Assembly (NCBI GenBank): GCA_965660325.1
Contig: CBFHZL010000004.1
Coordinates: 202 to 64,201 of the forward strand
DNA from: an uncultured Acidiluteibacter sp.
Lineage (GTDB): Bacteria; Bacteroidota; Bacteroidia; Flavobacteriales_E; Vicingaceae
Reading direction: 5' to 3'
DNA length: 64,000 nt
The translations under genes and the position numbers were made by a program. Under the pieces are notes generated by a model. It ran no database searches, was not told where the DNA came from, and saw nothing but the letters and a program-made list of their open reading frames with translations. This document shows positions 29,460 through 39,002 of this stretch, piece after piece. How positions within the stretch are numbered: position 1 is the first letter of the stretch; each line of letters opens with the position of its first letter.

Positions 29460-30749
29460 TTATAGTTGGTCGTTTGTCCCTCTTCCCAAATAAGACATCA
29501 CGTTTCTAAAACCAATATAACATTTAGCGGTATCTTGATATTCGTATGTTCTAGTACCGTTCATAAGGTAATAACCTACATCTTTCCATGAACCACCACG
29601 AATTACTTTTCGCTTCAATGAGGGTGGATCAGAATCTTTCGCCTCATAAACATAATCCATGTTTAAATCGTGAGCAAAGTTGTAAGATGCTTCGTCAAAA
29701 GCGTTGCTTGTCCACTCTGCTACGTTACCAGCCATACAAAACAATCCATAATCATTCGGATTGTAAGCATTAACTGCAACAGTAGTAAGACCACCATCAT
29801 CTACATAATTACCTCTTAATGGCTTAAAGTTACCTAAGAAACAGCCTTTTGTGTTTCTAATATAAGGCCCACCCCATGGGTACTGGTTATTATCTAAACC
29901 ACCACGTGCAGCCCATTCCCACTCAGATTCTGTAGGCAGTCTGAAGTATTGAACTGTCGTCATACCTCTTTGATCTAAATAGTTATTCAACAATTCACTT
30001 CTCCAAATTGAGAAAGCTCTTGCTTGTTTCCAACTAACACCTACTAACGGATAGTCATCATAAGATGGGTGCCAGAAATAGGCATTAGTTAATGGTTCAT
30101 TAAATGAATACGTAAAGTCATGCACCCAAGCTAAGGTATCAGGATATACATTAATGATATCCTTTTTGATGAATACTGAACGATCAATTTTACCCTGCTC
30201 TCTGTTCTTGCGAGCAGATGCTGCTTGCCAATCGATCCAAGAGTATTCAAACATTAACTTACGTGTATCTATTTCTTTTCTGCCATAGAAACGTTCATAG
30301 TCGGGCAAGAACATCACCTCTAATGCTTCTCTTTCTTCTTCACCGTTCCATCTAAACTTAGCATCCCAGTTAATGGTAGGTGGCTCGATATCCTCACCAT
30401 AAACATTAACCGTATTCAAGTATTCCTCTGAAACTTCCTCTCCTAAAATTTTACGAGCGATAGAATCCTTTACCCAATAAACAAACTGGCGGTACTCGTT
30501 ATTAGAAATTTCAGTCTGATCCATGTAAAAGGCAGCAACGGATACCACTTTTGTTTGTGATACTGTTGAGTTTGATACATCCTCATCGGTATTTCCCATG
30601 GTGTAACTACCCTGAGGAATCAATAACATTCCGTAAGGCACAGGTTGGTAGAACATTTCTCTACCTTGAACACCTATAAGTTCGCCGTTCTCCTGACTAC
30701 AAGAAGAAAACAAAGCTATGATTGCTCCAAATATGACTAACTTTTTCAT
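29460..30749 (-). CDS. gldK: Gliding motility lipoprotein GldK (PorK)
   Basis: Lipobox FSSC; FGE/SUMF1-like domain (FRLPTESEWEWAARGG, MAGNVAEW, RGGSW); YPDT..W..DF.YS.NEP. Confidence 0.96.
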   Translation of the reverse strand: MKKLVIFGAIIALFSSCSQENGELIGVQGREMFYQPVPYGMLLIPQGSYTMGNTDEDVSNSTVSQTKVVSVAAFYMDQTEISNNEYRQFVYWVKDSIARKILGEEVSEEYLNTVNVYGEDIEPPTINWDAKFRWNGEEEREALEVMFLPDYERFYGRKEIDTRKLMFEYSWIDWQAASARKNREQGKIDRSVFIKKDIINVYPDTLAWVHDFTYSFNEPLTNAYFWHPSYDDYPLVGVSWKQARAFSIWRSELLNNYLDQRGMTTVQYFRLPTESEWEWAARGGLDNNQYPWGGPYIRNTKGCFLGNFKPLRGNYVDDGGLTTVAVNAYNPNDYGLFCMAGNVAEWTSNAFDEASYNFAHDLNMDYVYEAKDSDPPSLKRKVIRGGSWKDVGYYLMNGTRTYEYQDTAKCYIGFRNVMSYLGRGTNDQL

Positions 30750-30831
30750 CTTTTTCGTTTTTTCTATTTCGACCCTTACTACAAAGTCGTGTTTTGAGGG
30801 AAGCTTATACCCCTATTTTTTTAAAAGGTTT

Positions 30832-30839
30832 CAAATATA
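30832..30839 (-). promoter_or_regulatory. -7 element (TATATTTG) for gldKLMN
   Basis: Exact consensus just after the porP stop, 82 nt before the gldK ATG. Confidence 0.55.
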
Positions 30840-30847
30840 CCTTTTTT

Positions 30848-31804
30848 TTATAAAAATCTTACACTCTTGTAACGCTGCACCTTAAGTGGGTTACTGATTG
30901 GGTAACAATACCCTACCATAAATTCTAGTGATCCATTGCTATAATCATTCAATAAGGAAATGTTATAATCGTAAGAAACTCCCACTTTTAATCCTTCTAA
31001 CATCGGAACATTCACCCCAGCAAGAATTGCAATTGCATCCTCATACCTGTATGACAAACCACCCCATACAAGCTGATTGTATTCTAGGTTAACATTTAAA
31101 TCAACTTGCGTAGAAGAAACATCAGACTTAATAAAGATAGAAGGCTTCAATTCAAACGGACCTGCGAAACTAATATTGTATCCACCCATTACATAAAAAT
31201 GACGTGCTAAAGAATAATCTAAGCTTGAACGGTCAGCTGCAGCACTTAATTGTGGTGCAGTCAAATGTGTAGTTGAAAGTCCTACATAAAAATCTTGAGT
31301 CGCATAGTAAGCACCAAAACCCAAATCAAATGTTAAATCAGAAACCTCTGAATCCGGAATAGATGGATCTTCTGAGCCGTTCCCTAAGCCATTAGGTCCT
31401 GATGTAATCCAATCTCCATTAACTGATTTATTATAAATTCCTCCTTCAATACCAATAGACAACAACCCATTACCGATATTTTTATGGTAAGCGTAAGCAA
31501 GCTTAGCATTTAGTGTCTTTTCAAAACCTAACTCATCTTGCCAAACAGTAAGACCAACACCACTATTAAAACGGTCAAATGGACGAATCTTCGCATCCAA
31601 ACTAAATAAGTTAGTCTGCGGCCTTCCTTCAAATCCTAGCCATTGCTGACGAGAAATTAACGTAGCACAATACGCATTGCTCACTCCGGCGAAACCAGGG
31701 TTTACAGCAAGCTTGTTGAACATATTCTGTGTAAACTGAGGATCTTGTTGCGCAAATGAGTTTGCAGCAAAAAGAACTAAAATACTAAGTAACAGTTTCT
31801 TCAT
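30848..31804 (-). CDS. porP: PorP/SprF family T9SS outer-membrane protein
   Basis: QQDPQFTQ..FN....NPGFAG, R.QW.G, YSYD-like motif, GSLEF; directly upstream of gldK. Confidence 0.92.
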   Translation of the reverse strand: MKKLLLSILVLFAANSFAQQDPQFTQNMFNKLAVNPGFAGVSNAYCATLISRQQWLGFEGRPQTNLFSLDAKIRPFDRFNSGVGLTVWQDELGFEKTLNAKLAYAYHKNIGNGLLSIGIEGGIYNKSVNGDWITSGPNGLGNGSEDPSIPDSEVSDLTFDLGFGAYYATQDFYVGLSTTHLTAPQLSAAADRSSLDYSLARHFYVMGGYNISFAGPFELKPSIFIKSDVSSTQVDLNVNLEYNQLVWGGLSYRYEDAIAILAGVNVPMLEGLKVGVSYDYNISLLNDYSNGSLEFMVGYCYPISNPLKVQRYKSVRFL

Positions 31805-31918
31805 AGGATGAAATATCTTTTAATCAGAGATTTTGGTGCACTAAAATACCTAAAATATATAAGCTGTTAAACTTTTTTAACGATTCTCTTGCATTTTTTT
31901 ATGTGGAAGGATTATTTT

Positions 31919-33100
31919 CTATCGCAATTTCTTGAGTGTCTGCACCCATCGATCTGGAATCTCGTTATTGCACGCCGTTTGATAATCTAAGTAACTACAA
32001 GGAACTAGTAAGTGTCGATCATACTTACTCTTAGCAGCATTTGGGTAAGGTACATCCATAAACCATCGATCACTTTTTTCACTTTTATAAAAAGTAATGT
32101 CCGTTTTTTGATCTTCCATCGCCACGGTATACTTTATATATTCTGTTTTATTACATGCAGGAAAATCTTGCTTTCGATTGAACACCCCATCCATAAAGTA
32201 CCACACCATTTGGGCCAACAAGTGGCTAGTTTGCCCGTTAAAGTCAAGTGTAGGGTTTACTTCATAAAACCCGATGGATGTTAACTTATCGCTCATTCCT
32301 GCATAGCGTGCCAATTGGCATGCTTCATCACCAAACAACCCATTTGGAGTTGCTCCAGAACAAGCAGGTGCTTCTGACTGCCTGATGGATGAAATATCAA
32401 AGCTGATGAAATCCGCATTTCTAATAATGGGTTCATTCTCTCGAATATCTGCTCGAACCATCCCCAACCTGTAAGTGTCAAAGTAAAGACTATCAATTAA
32501 ATTAACCTCATTGCGACTAACAAAATAAGATTGGTAACCGATATTACTAAAGTTGAACAAAAAATTAGGTTGATGCAGCACGATCTTGCTCAAGTAATTC
32601 TTAGCATTAATTGGTTGAGAGGAGTCTCCAATATTGAAGGCCGAGTCAATAGCGGTATGATTTACCGTTTGCTCCAACTTTTCGTAGGCCAAGAAATTAG
32701 CATAAGTTAAGTCCTTTGTTCCACCAATGATAATCGGTATTACTCCTAACTTGATTAATCCTGAAATCGTCGCTGAAAGTGCAAAGTAGGTATCAGATAA
32801 GGATTCTCCCTGCTTTATATTACCAAGATCAACAATATGTTCGAACCCAACTCCTTTATACAATTTATAAAAATAATTCCTAAAAACATTAGGAGACATC
32901 GCGGCACCCATACTGTTGGGATTTCCTCGATCTTCCATCACACCTAATAGGGCAATACGATCGGTTTTTTCCAACTGAAAACTACCAGCATCACTCGCTG
33001 ATCTAATTTTAATGGCATCACCAAGTTGGTCTGGTTCGTAAACAAAATTAGGGTTGATTTTATTTAGGTCAACGCCCTCAACGAAATCTAAAAATTCCAT
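31919..33100 (-). CDS. Arginase/formimidoylglutamase-fold protein with degenerate metal ligands
   Basis: DLGNI, PIIIGG, NIGYQSY, SFDISS and PNGL.G.EAC ureohydrolase-fold motifs. Confidence 0.85.
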   Translation of the reverse strand: MEFLDFVEGVDLNKINPNFVYEPDQLGDAIKIRSASDAGSFQLEKTDRIALLGVMEDRGNPNSMGAAMSPNVFRNYFYKLYKGVGFEHIVDLGNIKQGESLSDTYFALSATISGLIKLGVIPIIIGGTKDLTYANFLAYEKLEQTVNHTAIDSAFNIGDSSQPINAKNYLSKIVLHQPNFLFNFSNIGYQSYFVSRNEVNLIDSLYFDTYRLGMVRADIRENEPIIRNADFISFDISSIRQSEAPACSGATPNGLFGDEACQLARYAGMSDKLTSIGFYEVNPTLDFNGQTSHLLAQMVWYFMDGVFNRKQDFPACNKTEYIKYTVAMEDQKTDITFYKSEKSDRWFMDVPYPNAAKSKYDRHLLVPCSYLDYQTACNNEIPDRWVQTLKKLR

Positions 33101-33103
33101 CTC

Positions 33104-35536
33104 TTATTTCTTTTTAGGTGCAGCTTTTTTAGCAGTCGTCTTCTTTGCAGTTGTCTTTTTAGCGGTAGTTTTCTTCTTCGCCGGTGCTTTTTTTGTGGTC
33201 GTCTTCTTCGCTGTGGTCTTCTTAGCAGCTGCACCTCTACCCTTCTTATCAGGAGCCTCTGCCGATAACTTAAGGCATGCCTCTAAGGTCAATGACGCAG
33301 GCTCTACATCTTTAGGAATCTTGACATTCTTCTTACCATGTTTAATGTATGGGCCATATCGGCCATTGAGTACTTGTACATCTGGATCTTCATCAAATAC
33401 TTTGATGTACTTATCCTTCTCTGCCTGTATTTTAGCCTTTACTACTTCTACGGCACGCTCTTCTGTAATAGTCATCGGATCATCTCCATCTGCCTTCTTT
33501 AGCGACGCAAACAGTTTTCCATAACGAATATATGGACCAAATCGACCAATAGCTGCGATCATCTTTTCTCCATTATACTCACCTACTTCCCTTGGTAGCT
33601 TAAACAAATCAAGCGCCTCTTCAAATGTAATGGTCTCTAAGTTTTGCGTAGAAAGCAAACTCGCAAACTGCGGTTTTTCTTCATCCTCCGAGTCTCCGAT
33701 TTGTGCCATCGGACCATAACGACCTATACGTACAATCAACTTCTTACCAGTTTTTGGATCTTCTCCTAGGTAACGCTCACCGCTAGCACGATCAGCATTT
33801 TCAAGCGTATCTACTACATTGGTATGAAAGGAAGTGTAAAACGTTTCAATCATTTTATTCCACTTTCGCTGTCCTTCTGCGATGTCATCAAACTGCTTCT
33901 CTACATCTGCAGTAAAGCCGTAATCCATGATTCGCTCAAAGTGCTGCTGCAAGAAATCGGTTACTACCATTCCTATATCAGTTGGAAACAACTTATTCTT
34001 TTCTGCACCTGTATTCTCCTTCTTGGTGTCTTCTGAAAGCTTTTCTGGAGTTAGCGACATCTGGATGTATTCTCTTTCCCAACCTTCTCTGGCCTCCTTT
34101 ACAACGTACCCTCTCTTCTGCACTGTAGAAATGGTTGGCGCGTATGTAGACGGACGTCCAATTCCTAACTCTTCCAACTTTCTAACCAAACTTGCTTCTT
34201 GGTAGCGCGGTGGATGTTGTGCAAATCGCTGAGTGGCGGTAATTTCTTTCAGCAACAACTCTTGCCCTTTTTTCATTGGAGGCAACACGCCTTCTTTTTC
34301 TTCTTCGCTATCCTCGTCATCATTTGACTCGAGATATACCTTTAAAAATCCTTCAAACTTGATCACCTCTCCTCTAGCAACAAAATTCTCTTTTGCCTCA
34401 GAAACGTCGATTGTTACTGTAGTCTTTTCCAACTGGGCATCACTCATTTGTGAAGCAATCGATCGCTTCCATATTAAGTCATAGAGACGTGACTCTTGAG
34501 AAGCACCGCTTACTGCATGCGTAGAAAACTCAGTTGGCCGAATGGCTTCGTGGGCCTCTTGCGCGCCTTTAGATTTGGTGTTATATTTTCTTGTTTGCGC
34601 ATACTCACTGCCGTAAGCAGAAGTAATTTCCTTTTTTGCTGCATTTAATGCAGTATCCGATAAGTTCACCGAGTCCGTTCTCATGTACGTAATCTTTCCA
34701 GCTTCATATAGTCGCTGTGCAACACTCATGGTCTGACTAACTGAGAATCCAAGTTTTCTACTTGCTTCTTGCTGTAAAGTAGAAGTTGTAAATGGAGCTG
34801 TTGGTGATTTCTTAGCCGGTTTTGTTTCTAAATTAGCAATCGAAAACTTAGATGATTGACAAGCCGCTAAAAAGTCTTCAGCTGCTTTCTTCTCTTTAAA
34901 TCGTTTAGGTAATTCTGCCTTCAACACTACCTTACCATCAATCAAGAAATTTCCGACTACTCGGTATGAAGAAGAACCTTTAAAGTTCATTATTTCTCGT
35001 TCGCGCTCTACAATTAAGCGTACCGTTACCGATTGCACCCGACCTGCAGATAAAGAAGGCTTTACTTTCTTCCATAGTATAGGAGACAGTTCATAACCCA
35101 CTAACCGGTCTAGAATTCTTCTCGCTTGCTGAGCATCGACCAAGTTTTTATCTAACGCCCTTGGATTTTCAATTGCATTGGTAATAGCACCCTTGGTAAT
35201 CTCATGAAAAACAATTCGTTTGGTTTTCTTCTCATCCAAACCTAACGCCTCTAGTAAATGCCATGAAATAGCTTCTCCCTCTCGGTCCTCATCCGTTGCT
35301 AACCAAACCATCTCAGAAGATTTGACTAATTTCTTAAGCTCTGCAACCACCTTTTTCTTATCCTCGGTGATAACATATTTTGGCTCAAAGTTATTCTCGA
35401 TATCAATGGAGATATCCTTACCTGGAAGATCCCTGATATGTCCAAAACTTGATTTTACAACGAAGTCTTTACCTAAAAATCCTTCAATTGTTTTTGCCTT
35501 TGCAGGTGATTCTACGATTACTAAGTTCTTAGCCAT
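33104..35536 (-). CDS. topA: DNA topoisomerase I (type IA)
   Basis: IVESPAKAKTI, DEDREGE, SAGRVQS, ITYMRTDS (catalytic Tyr), GRYGP Topo_C repeats, Lys/Ala/Thr tail. Confidence 0.98.
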   Translation of the reverse strand: MAKNLVIVESPAKAKTIEGFLGKDFVVKSSFGHIRDLPGKDISIDIENNFEPKYVITEDKKKVVAELKKLVKSSEMVWLATDEDREGEAISWHLLEALGLDEKKTKRIVFHEITKGAITNAIENPRALDKNLVDAQQARRILDRLVGYELSPILWKKVKPSLSAGRVQSVTVRLIVEREREIMNFKGSSSYRVVGNFLIDGKVVLKAELPKRFKEKKAAEDFLAACQSSKFSIANLETKPAKKSPTAPFTTSTLQQEASRKLGFSVSQTMSVAQRLYEAGKITYMRTDSVNLSDTALNAAKKEITSAYGSEYAQTRKYNTKSKGAQEAHEAIRPTEFSTHAVSGASQESRLYDLIWKRSIASQMSDAQLEKTTVTIDVSEAKENFVARGEVIKFEGFLKVYLESNDDEDSEEEKEGVLPPMKKGQELLLKEITATQRFAQHPPRYQEASLVRKLEELGIGRPSTYAPTISTVQKRGYVVKEAREGWEREYIQMSLTPEKLSEDTKKENTGAEKNKLFPTDIGMVVTDFLQQHFERIMDYGFTADVEKQFDDIAEGQRKWNKMIETFYTSFHTNVVDTLENADRASGERYLGEDPKTGKKLIVRIGRYGPMAQIGDSEDEEKPQFASLLSTQNLETITFEEALDLFKLPREVGEYNGEKMIAAIGRFGPYIRYGKLFASLKKADGDDPMTITEERAVEVVKAKIQAEKDKYIKVFDEDPDVQVLNGRYGPYIKHGKKNVKIPKDVEPASLTLEACLKLSAEAPDKKGRGAAAKKTTAKKTTTKKAPAKKKTTAKKTTAKKTTAKKAAPKKK
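33107..33250 (-). repeat. Coding low-complexity repeat (AKKTT)n at the TopA C-terminus
   Basis: KKGRGAAAKKTTAKKTTTKKAPAKKKTTAKKTTAKKTTAKKAAPKKK. Confidence 0.9.
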
Positions 35537-35602
35537 TCTTGGTTTTTTAGCTTTCTATGGGTGAAATTTCGGTACAAATAAAATGATAAAAGAGATAGCT
35601 AA

Positions 35603-35610
35603 CAAAGGTA
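35603..35610 (-). promoter_or_regulatory. -7 element (TACCTTTG) for topA
   Basis: Exact consensus on the minus strand upstream of topA. Confidence 0.5.
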
Positions 35611-35706
35611 TTCCAATTTAAACTTTGCAAATAACACACTATCAACCTACTATTCAAAGGGGTTGCAGCAATGTTAAAAACTGTTGTTTGTGAAGAGTTC
35701 GTACTA

Positions 35707-35744
35707 TGCCATTTTGTCACGCATTCAAAATTTGCCTAATTTCG
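35707..35744 (+). promoter_or_regulatory. Predicted miaB operon promoter (-33 TTTG, -7 TAATTTCG) overlapped by a TGCCAtttTGTCA box
   Basis: TTTG at 35713-35716, 20-nt spacer, TAATTTCG at 35737-35744 (1 mismatch); box at 35707-35719. Confidence 0.55.
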
Positions 35745-35769
35745 CAGGGCAACAAAACAGAACAAACGG

Positions 35770-37221
35770 ATGTCAAGAGCAGGAATTAAGGAGATAGATG
35801 AGCAACGACAAGGAGAAGCGTTAACCATTGATCATCCAAACAGTAATAATGCCGATAGAAAGGTATACATAGAAAGTTATGGTTGCCAAATGAACTTTGC
35901 TGATAGTGAAGTTGTAGCCTCTATCCTCACGAAAGATGGCTTTAGCACAACCAAAAAGTTAGACGAAGCAGACCTTATATTACTCAACACCTGCTCCATT
36001 AGAGATAAGGCTGAGCAAACCATCAGAAAGCGGCTTGCTAATTTCAATACCATAAAAAAAAATAAGCCGGAGATGGTTATCGGAGTGCTTGGCTGCATGG
36101 CCGAACGACTAAAGTCTAAATTGATTGATGAAGAGAAGTTGGTAGATTTAGTTGTAGGACCTGATGCTTATCGCGACCTACCCAACTTGGTTGAAGAGGT
36201 GGATAATGGACAGAAGGCTGTGAACGTTATCTTATCAAAAGAAGAAACCTACTCCGAGATTGAACCCATTCGGATGGGTGGAAATGGCGTAACTGCTTTT
36301 GTATCGATCACTAGAGGATGTGATAATATGTGTACCTTCTGTGTAGTACCTTTCACCCGAGGAAGAGAAAGAAGCAGAGATCCTAAAAGCATTGTGAATG
36401 AAGCTCAACTCTTGTTTGAACAAGGCTACCGAGAAGTAACTTTATTGGGTCAAAATGTGGACTCTTATTTATGGTATGGTGGCGGATTAAAAAAAGAATT
36501 TAAAAACTTATCCGAAGAAGAGCAAAAAGAAAGCGTGAACTTTGCACAACTAATGGAAATGGTTGCTCAGATAGATCCTTTATTGCGAGTACGTTTTTCT
36601 ACTTCTCATCCAAAAGACCTGACCGATGATGTGATTTACACCATCGCGAAGTACGATAACATTTGTAATTATATTCACCTACCTGTGCAATCTGGAAACA
36701 ATAGAATTCTCGAATTGATGAATCGGGGCTACACCAAAGAGTGGTATAAAGAGCGAATCGATAAAATTTGGGAGGTAATCCCTGACTGCTCTATTTCTAG
36801 TGATATCATTGCAGGGTTCTGTTCAGAAACGGAAGAAGAGCATCAAGAGACGCTAGATATGATGCGATACGTAAGGTATCAATTGGGGTACATGTTTAAG
36901 TATTCTGAACGCCCCAATACTGTAGCTCAAAGAAAATTTGAGGATGATATACCAGAGGCAGTTAAGCAGCGACGACTAGAAGAAATTATCCAACTGCACA
37001 GAGAAAATGCTCATTTTAGAAATAATGAAATGGTGGGTAAGGTCTATGAAGTATTAATTGAAGGTACTTCTAAGAAGTCTGAAGAGGAGTTATACGGACG
37101 AACGCCCCAAAACGCCGTGGCTGTTTTTCCAAAAGAAAACCACCAAGTGGGCACCTATGTAAATGTATTAATTGAATCATGTACAACAGGTACATTGATT
37201 GGAAAAGTAGTAAATGCCTAA
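35770..37221 (+). CDS. miaB: tRNA (i6A37) methylthiotransferase
   Basis: YGCQMN, NTCSIR, GCMAER, radical [15 protein letters not shown] domain. Confidence 0.98.
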   Translation: MSRAGIKEIDEQRQGEALTIDHPNSNNADRKVYIESYGCQMNFADSEVVASILTKDGFSTTKKLDEADLILLNTCSIRDKAEQTIRKRLANFNTIKKNKPEMVIGVLGCMAERLKSKLIDEEKLVDLVVGPDAYRDLPNLVEEVDNGQKAVNVILSKEETYSEIEPIRMGGNGVTAFVSITRGCDNMCTFCVVPFTRGRERSRDPKSIVNEAQLLFEQGYREVTLLGQNVDSYLWYGGGLKKEFKNLSEEEQKESVNFAQLMEMVAQIDPLLRVRFSTSHPKDLTDDVIYTIAKYDNICNYIHLPVQSGNNRILELMNRGYTKEWYKERIDKIWEVIPDCSISSDIIAGFCSETEEEHQETLDMMRYVRYQLGYMFKYSERPNTVAQRKFEDDIPEAVKQRRLEEIIQLHRENAHFRNNEMVGKVYEVLIEGTSKKSEEELYGRTPQNAVAVFPKENHQVGTYVNVLIESCTTGTLIGKVVNA

Positions 37222-37224
37222 TCC

Positions 37225-38496
37225 ATGACAGTAGATCAAATAAAACAGCGATTTGGCATTATAGGTAGCTCTCCATTATTGATACGGGCCATTGACATTG
37301 CCATACAAGTAGCACCTACTGACTTATCTGTATTGGTAGGTGGTGAAAGTGGTGTAGGTAAGGAAACCATGCCGCAAATCATTCATCAACTAAGTGCGCG
37401 TAAACACAATAAATACATTGCGGTAAACTGCGGAGCAATCCCTGAAGGCACTATTGATTCCGAATTATTTGGACATGAAAAAGGATCCTTTACCGGTGCA
37501 AATGAAGCTAGAAAAGGGTATTTTGAAGTAGCGGACGGTGGAACTATTTTCCTTGATGAAGTAGCCGAATTGCCACTGCAAACTCAAGTGCGTTTACTTC
37601 GAGTTTTAGAAACTGGAGAGTTTATTAAGGTAGGATCTTCTAAAGTTCAAAAAACGAACGTTCGAATAGTAGCGGCTACCAATGTAAATATTCCAGAAGC
37701 CATCAAAAAGAATCAATTTAGAGATGACCTATATTATCGATTAAATACGGTGCCGATTTCTTTACCAGCGCTCAGAGACCGAAAAGAAGACATTCATTTG
37801 TTGTTCCGAAAATTTGCCTCTGATTTTGCAGCAAAGTACCGCATGCCATCCATTCAATTATCGGATCATGCAAGAACAGCATTAGAGAGCTACCGTTGGC
37901 CAGGAAATATCCGCCAGTTGAAAAATGTAACCGAACAAATATCGGTTATCGAAAAAAACAAAGCGGTGGATGAGCAAACACTGAAGACGTATCTCCCAGA
38001 TATTGATGGCAGAACACTTCCGGCGCTCTACCGATCTGATGATAGCGAAAGTAACCTAAACGAGCGAGAGATTTTATACAAAGTTCTGTTTGATTTAAAA
38101 CGCGATGTTACTGATTTAAAGAAACTCGTATTTAAAGCGCTGAATTCGGAAGACGGATTTGTAAACAGCGAAGAAGGTGCACAGATTATACAGCGACTCT
38201 ACGAAGAAGGTGAGAAACCAGCCACTAGTGAATTGCCACTTCGACTGCAGGCATTTAATGAGCCCAACAATCAGTTTGAGGAAGAGTATAACCACAAAAA
38301 CTTTCACAATGAAGTGGTAGATGAAGTGCATGAAGAAGTAGAAGAAACACTTTCTATAGCGGACACCGAAAAAGAATTGATCAAAAGAGCACTAAAGAAA
38401 TACAATGGTAAGCGGAAAAATGCCTCAAAAGAATTGGGTATTTCAGAGCGAACATTGTATCGCAAGATAAAAGAATATAATATTGCAGACTTATGA
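37225..38496 (+). CDS. Sigma-54-dependent enhancer-binding protein (AAA+ plus Fis HTH) with no N-terminal sensor domain
   Basis: GESGVGKE, ELFGHEKGSFTGA, FLDEV, LLRVLE, DLYYRLN, WPGNIRQL, LGISERTLYRKIK. Confidence 0.95.
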   Translation: MTVDQIKQRFGIIGSSPLLIRAIDIAIQVAPTDLSVLVGGESGVGKETMPQIIHQLSARKHNKYIAVNCGAIPEGTIDSELFGHEKGSFTGANEARKGYFEVADGGTIFLDEVAELPLQTQVRLLRVLETGEFIKVGSSKVQKTNVRIVAATNVNIPEAIKKNQFRDDLYYRLNTVPISLPALRDRKEDIHLLFRKFASDFAAKYRMPSIQLSDHARTALESYRWPGNIRQLKNVTEQISVIEKNKAVDEQTLKTYLPDIDGRTLPALYRSDDSESNLNEREILYKVLFDLKRDVTDLKKLVFKALNSEDGFVNSEEGAQIIQRLYEEGEKPATSELPLRLQAFNEPNNQFEEEYNHKNFHNEVVDEVHEEVEETLSIADTEKELIKRALKKYNGKRKNASKELGISERTLYRKIKEYNIADL

Positions 38497-39002
38497 AACA
38501 GTTAATAAGGTCTTTTTACGTCATTTGCAGCCTTGCAATTTTAGCAATGCTACAATCATGCTACTCTTTCACGGGTGCTGCCATAGATCCGAACGTAAAA
38601 ACGGTATCGGTCGCATTTTTTCAGAACTACGCACCAATTGCTCAAGTAACCGTTAGCCAAGAATTTACAGAAGAACTAAAAGACATCTTCATCTCGCAGA
38701 CGAATTTAACGCTCATTAAAGAAAACGGGGATTTACAATTTGAAGGAGCCATTACCAATTATGAAGCAGTTCCGCTAGCAATTCAAGGAAATGAGCAAGC
38801 AGCCCAAACGAGGCTTAACATTACGGTAAATGTAAAATTTACTCACCGTTTCGATCCTACTCAAAACTTCGAGCGTTCTTTTACACAGTTTGAGGATTTT
38901 GAATCATCTGAAACACTAGCAGCTTTGGAAGGTCAACTAATTGAATCGATCAACGAAAAGTTAACACAAGACATTTTTAATGCTTCTGTGGGAAATTGGT
39001 AA
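38493..39002 (+). CDS. lptE: LptE family lipoprotein
   Basis: Lipobox LQSC followed by YSFTGA; C-terminal IFNASVGNW characteristic of the Bacteroidota LptE-like family. Confidence 0.85.
   Translation: MKQLIRSFYVICSLAILAMLQSCYSFTGAAIDPNVKTVSVAFFQNYAPIAQVTVSQEFTEELKDIFISQTNLTLIKENGDLQFEGAITNYEAVPLAIQGNEQAAQTRLNITVNVKFTHRFDPTQNFERSFTQFEDFESSETLAALEGQLIESINEKLTQDIFNASVGNW

Noticed and set aside
33054-33524. 156-aa plus-strand ORF with a hydrophobic FLAVV repeat
   Set aside because: It is the reverse complement of the TopA AKKTT tail, not a membrane protein.
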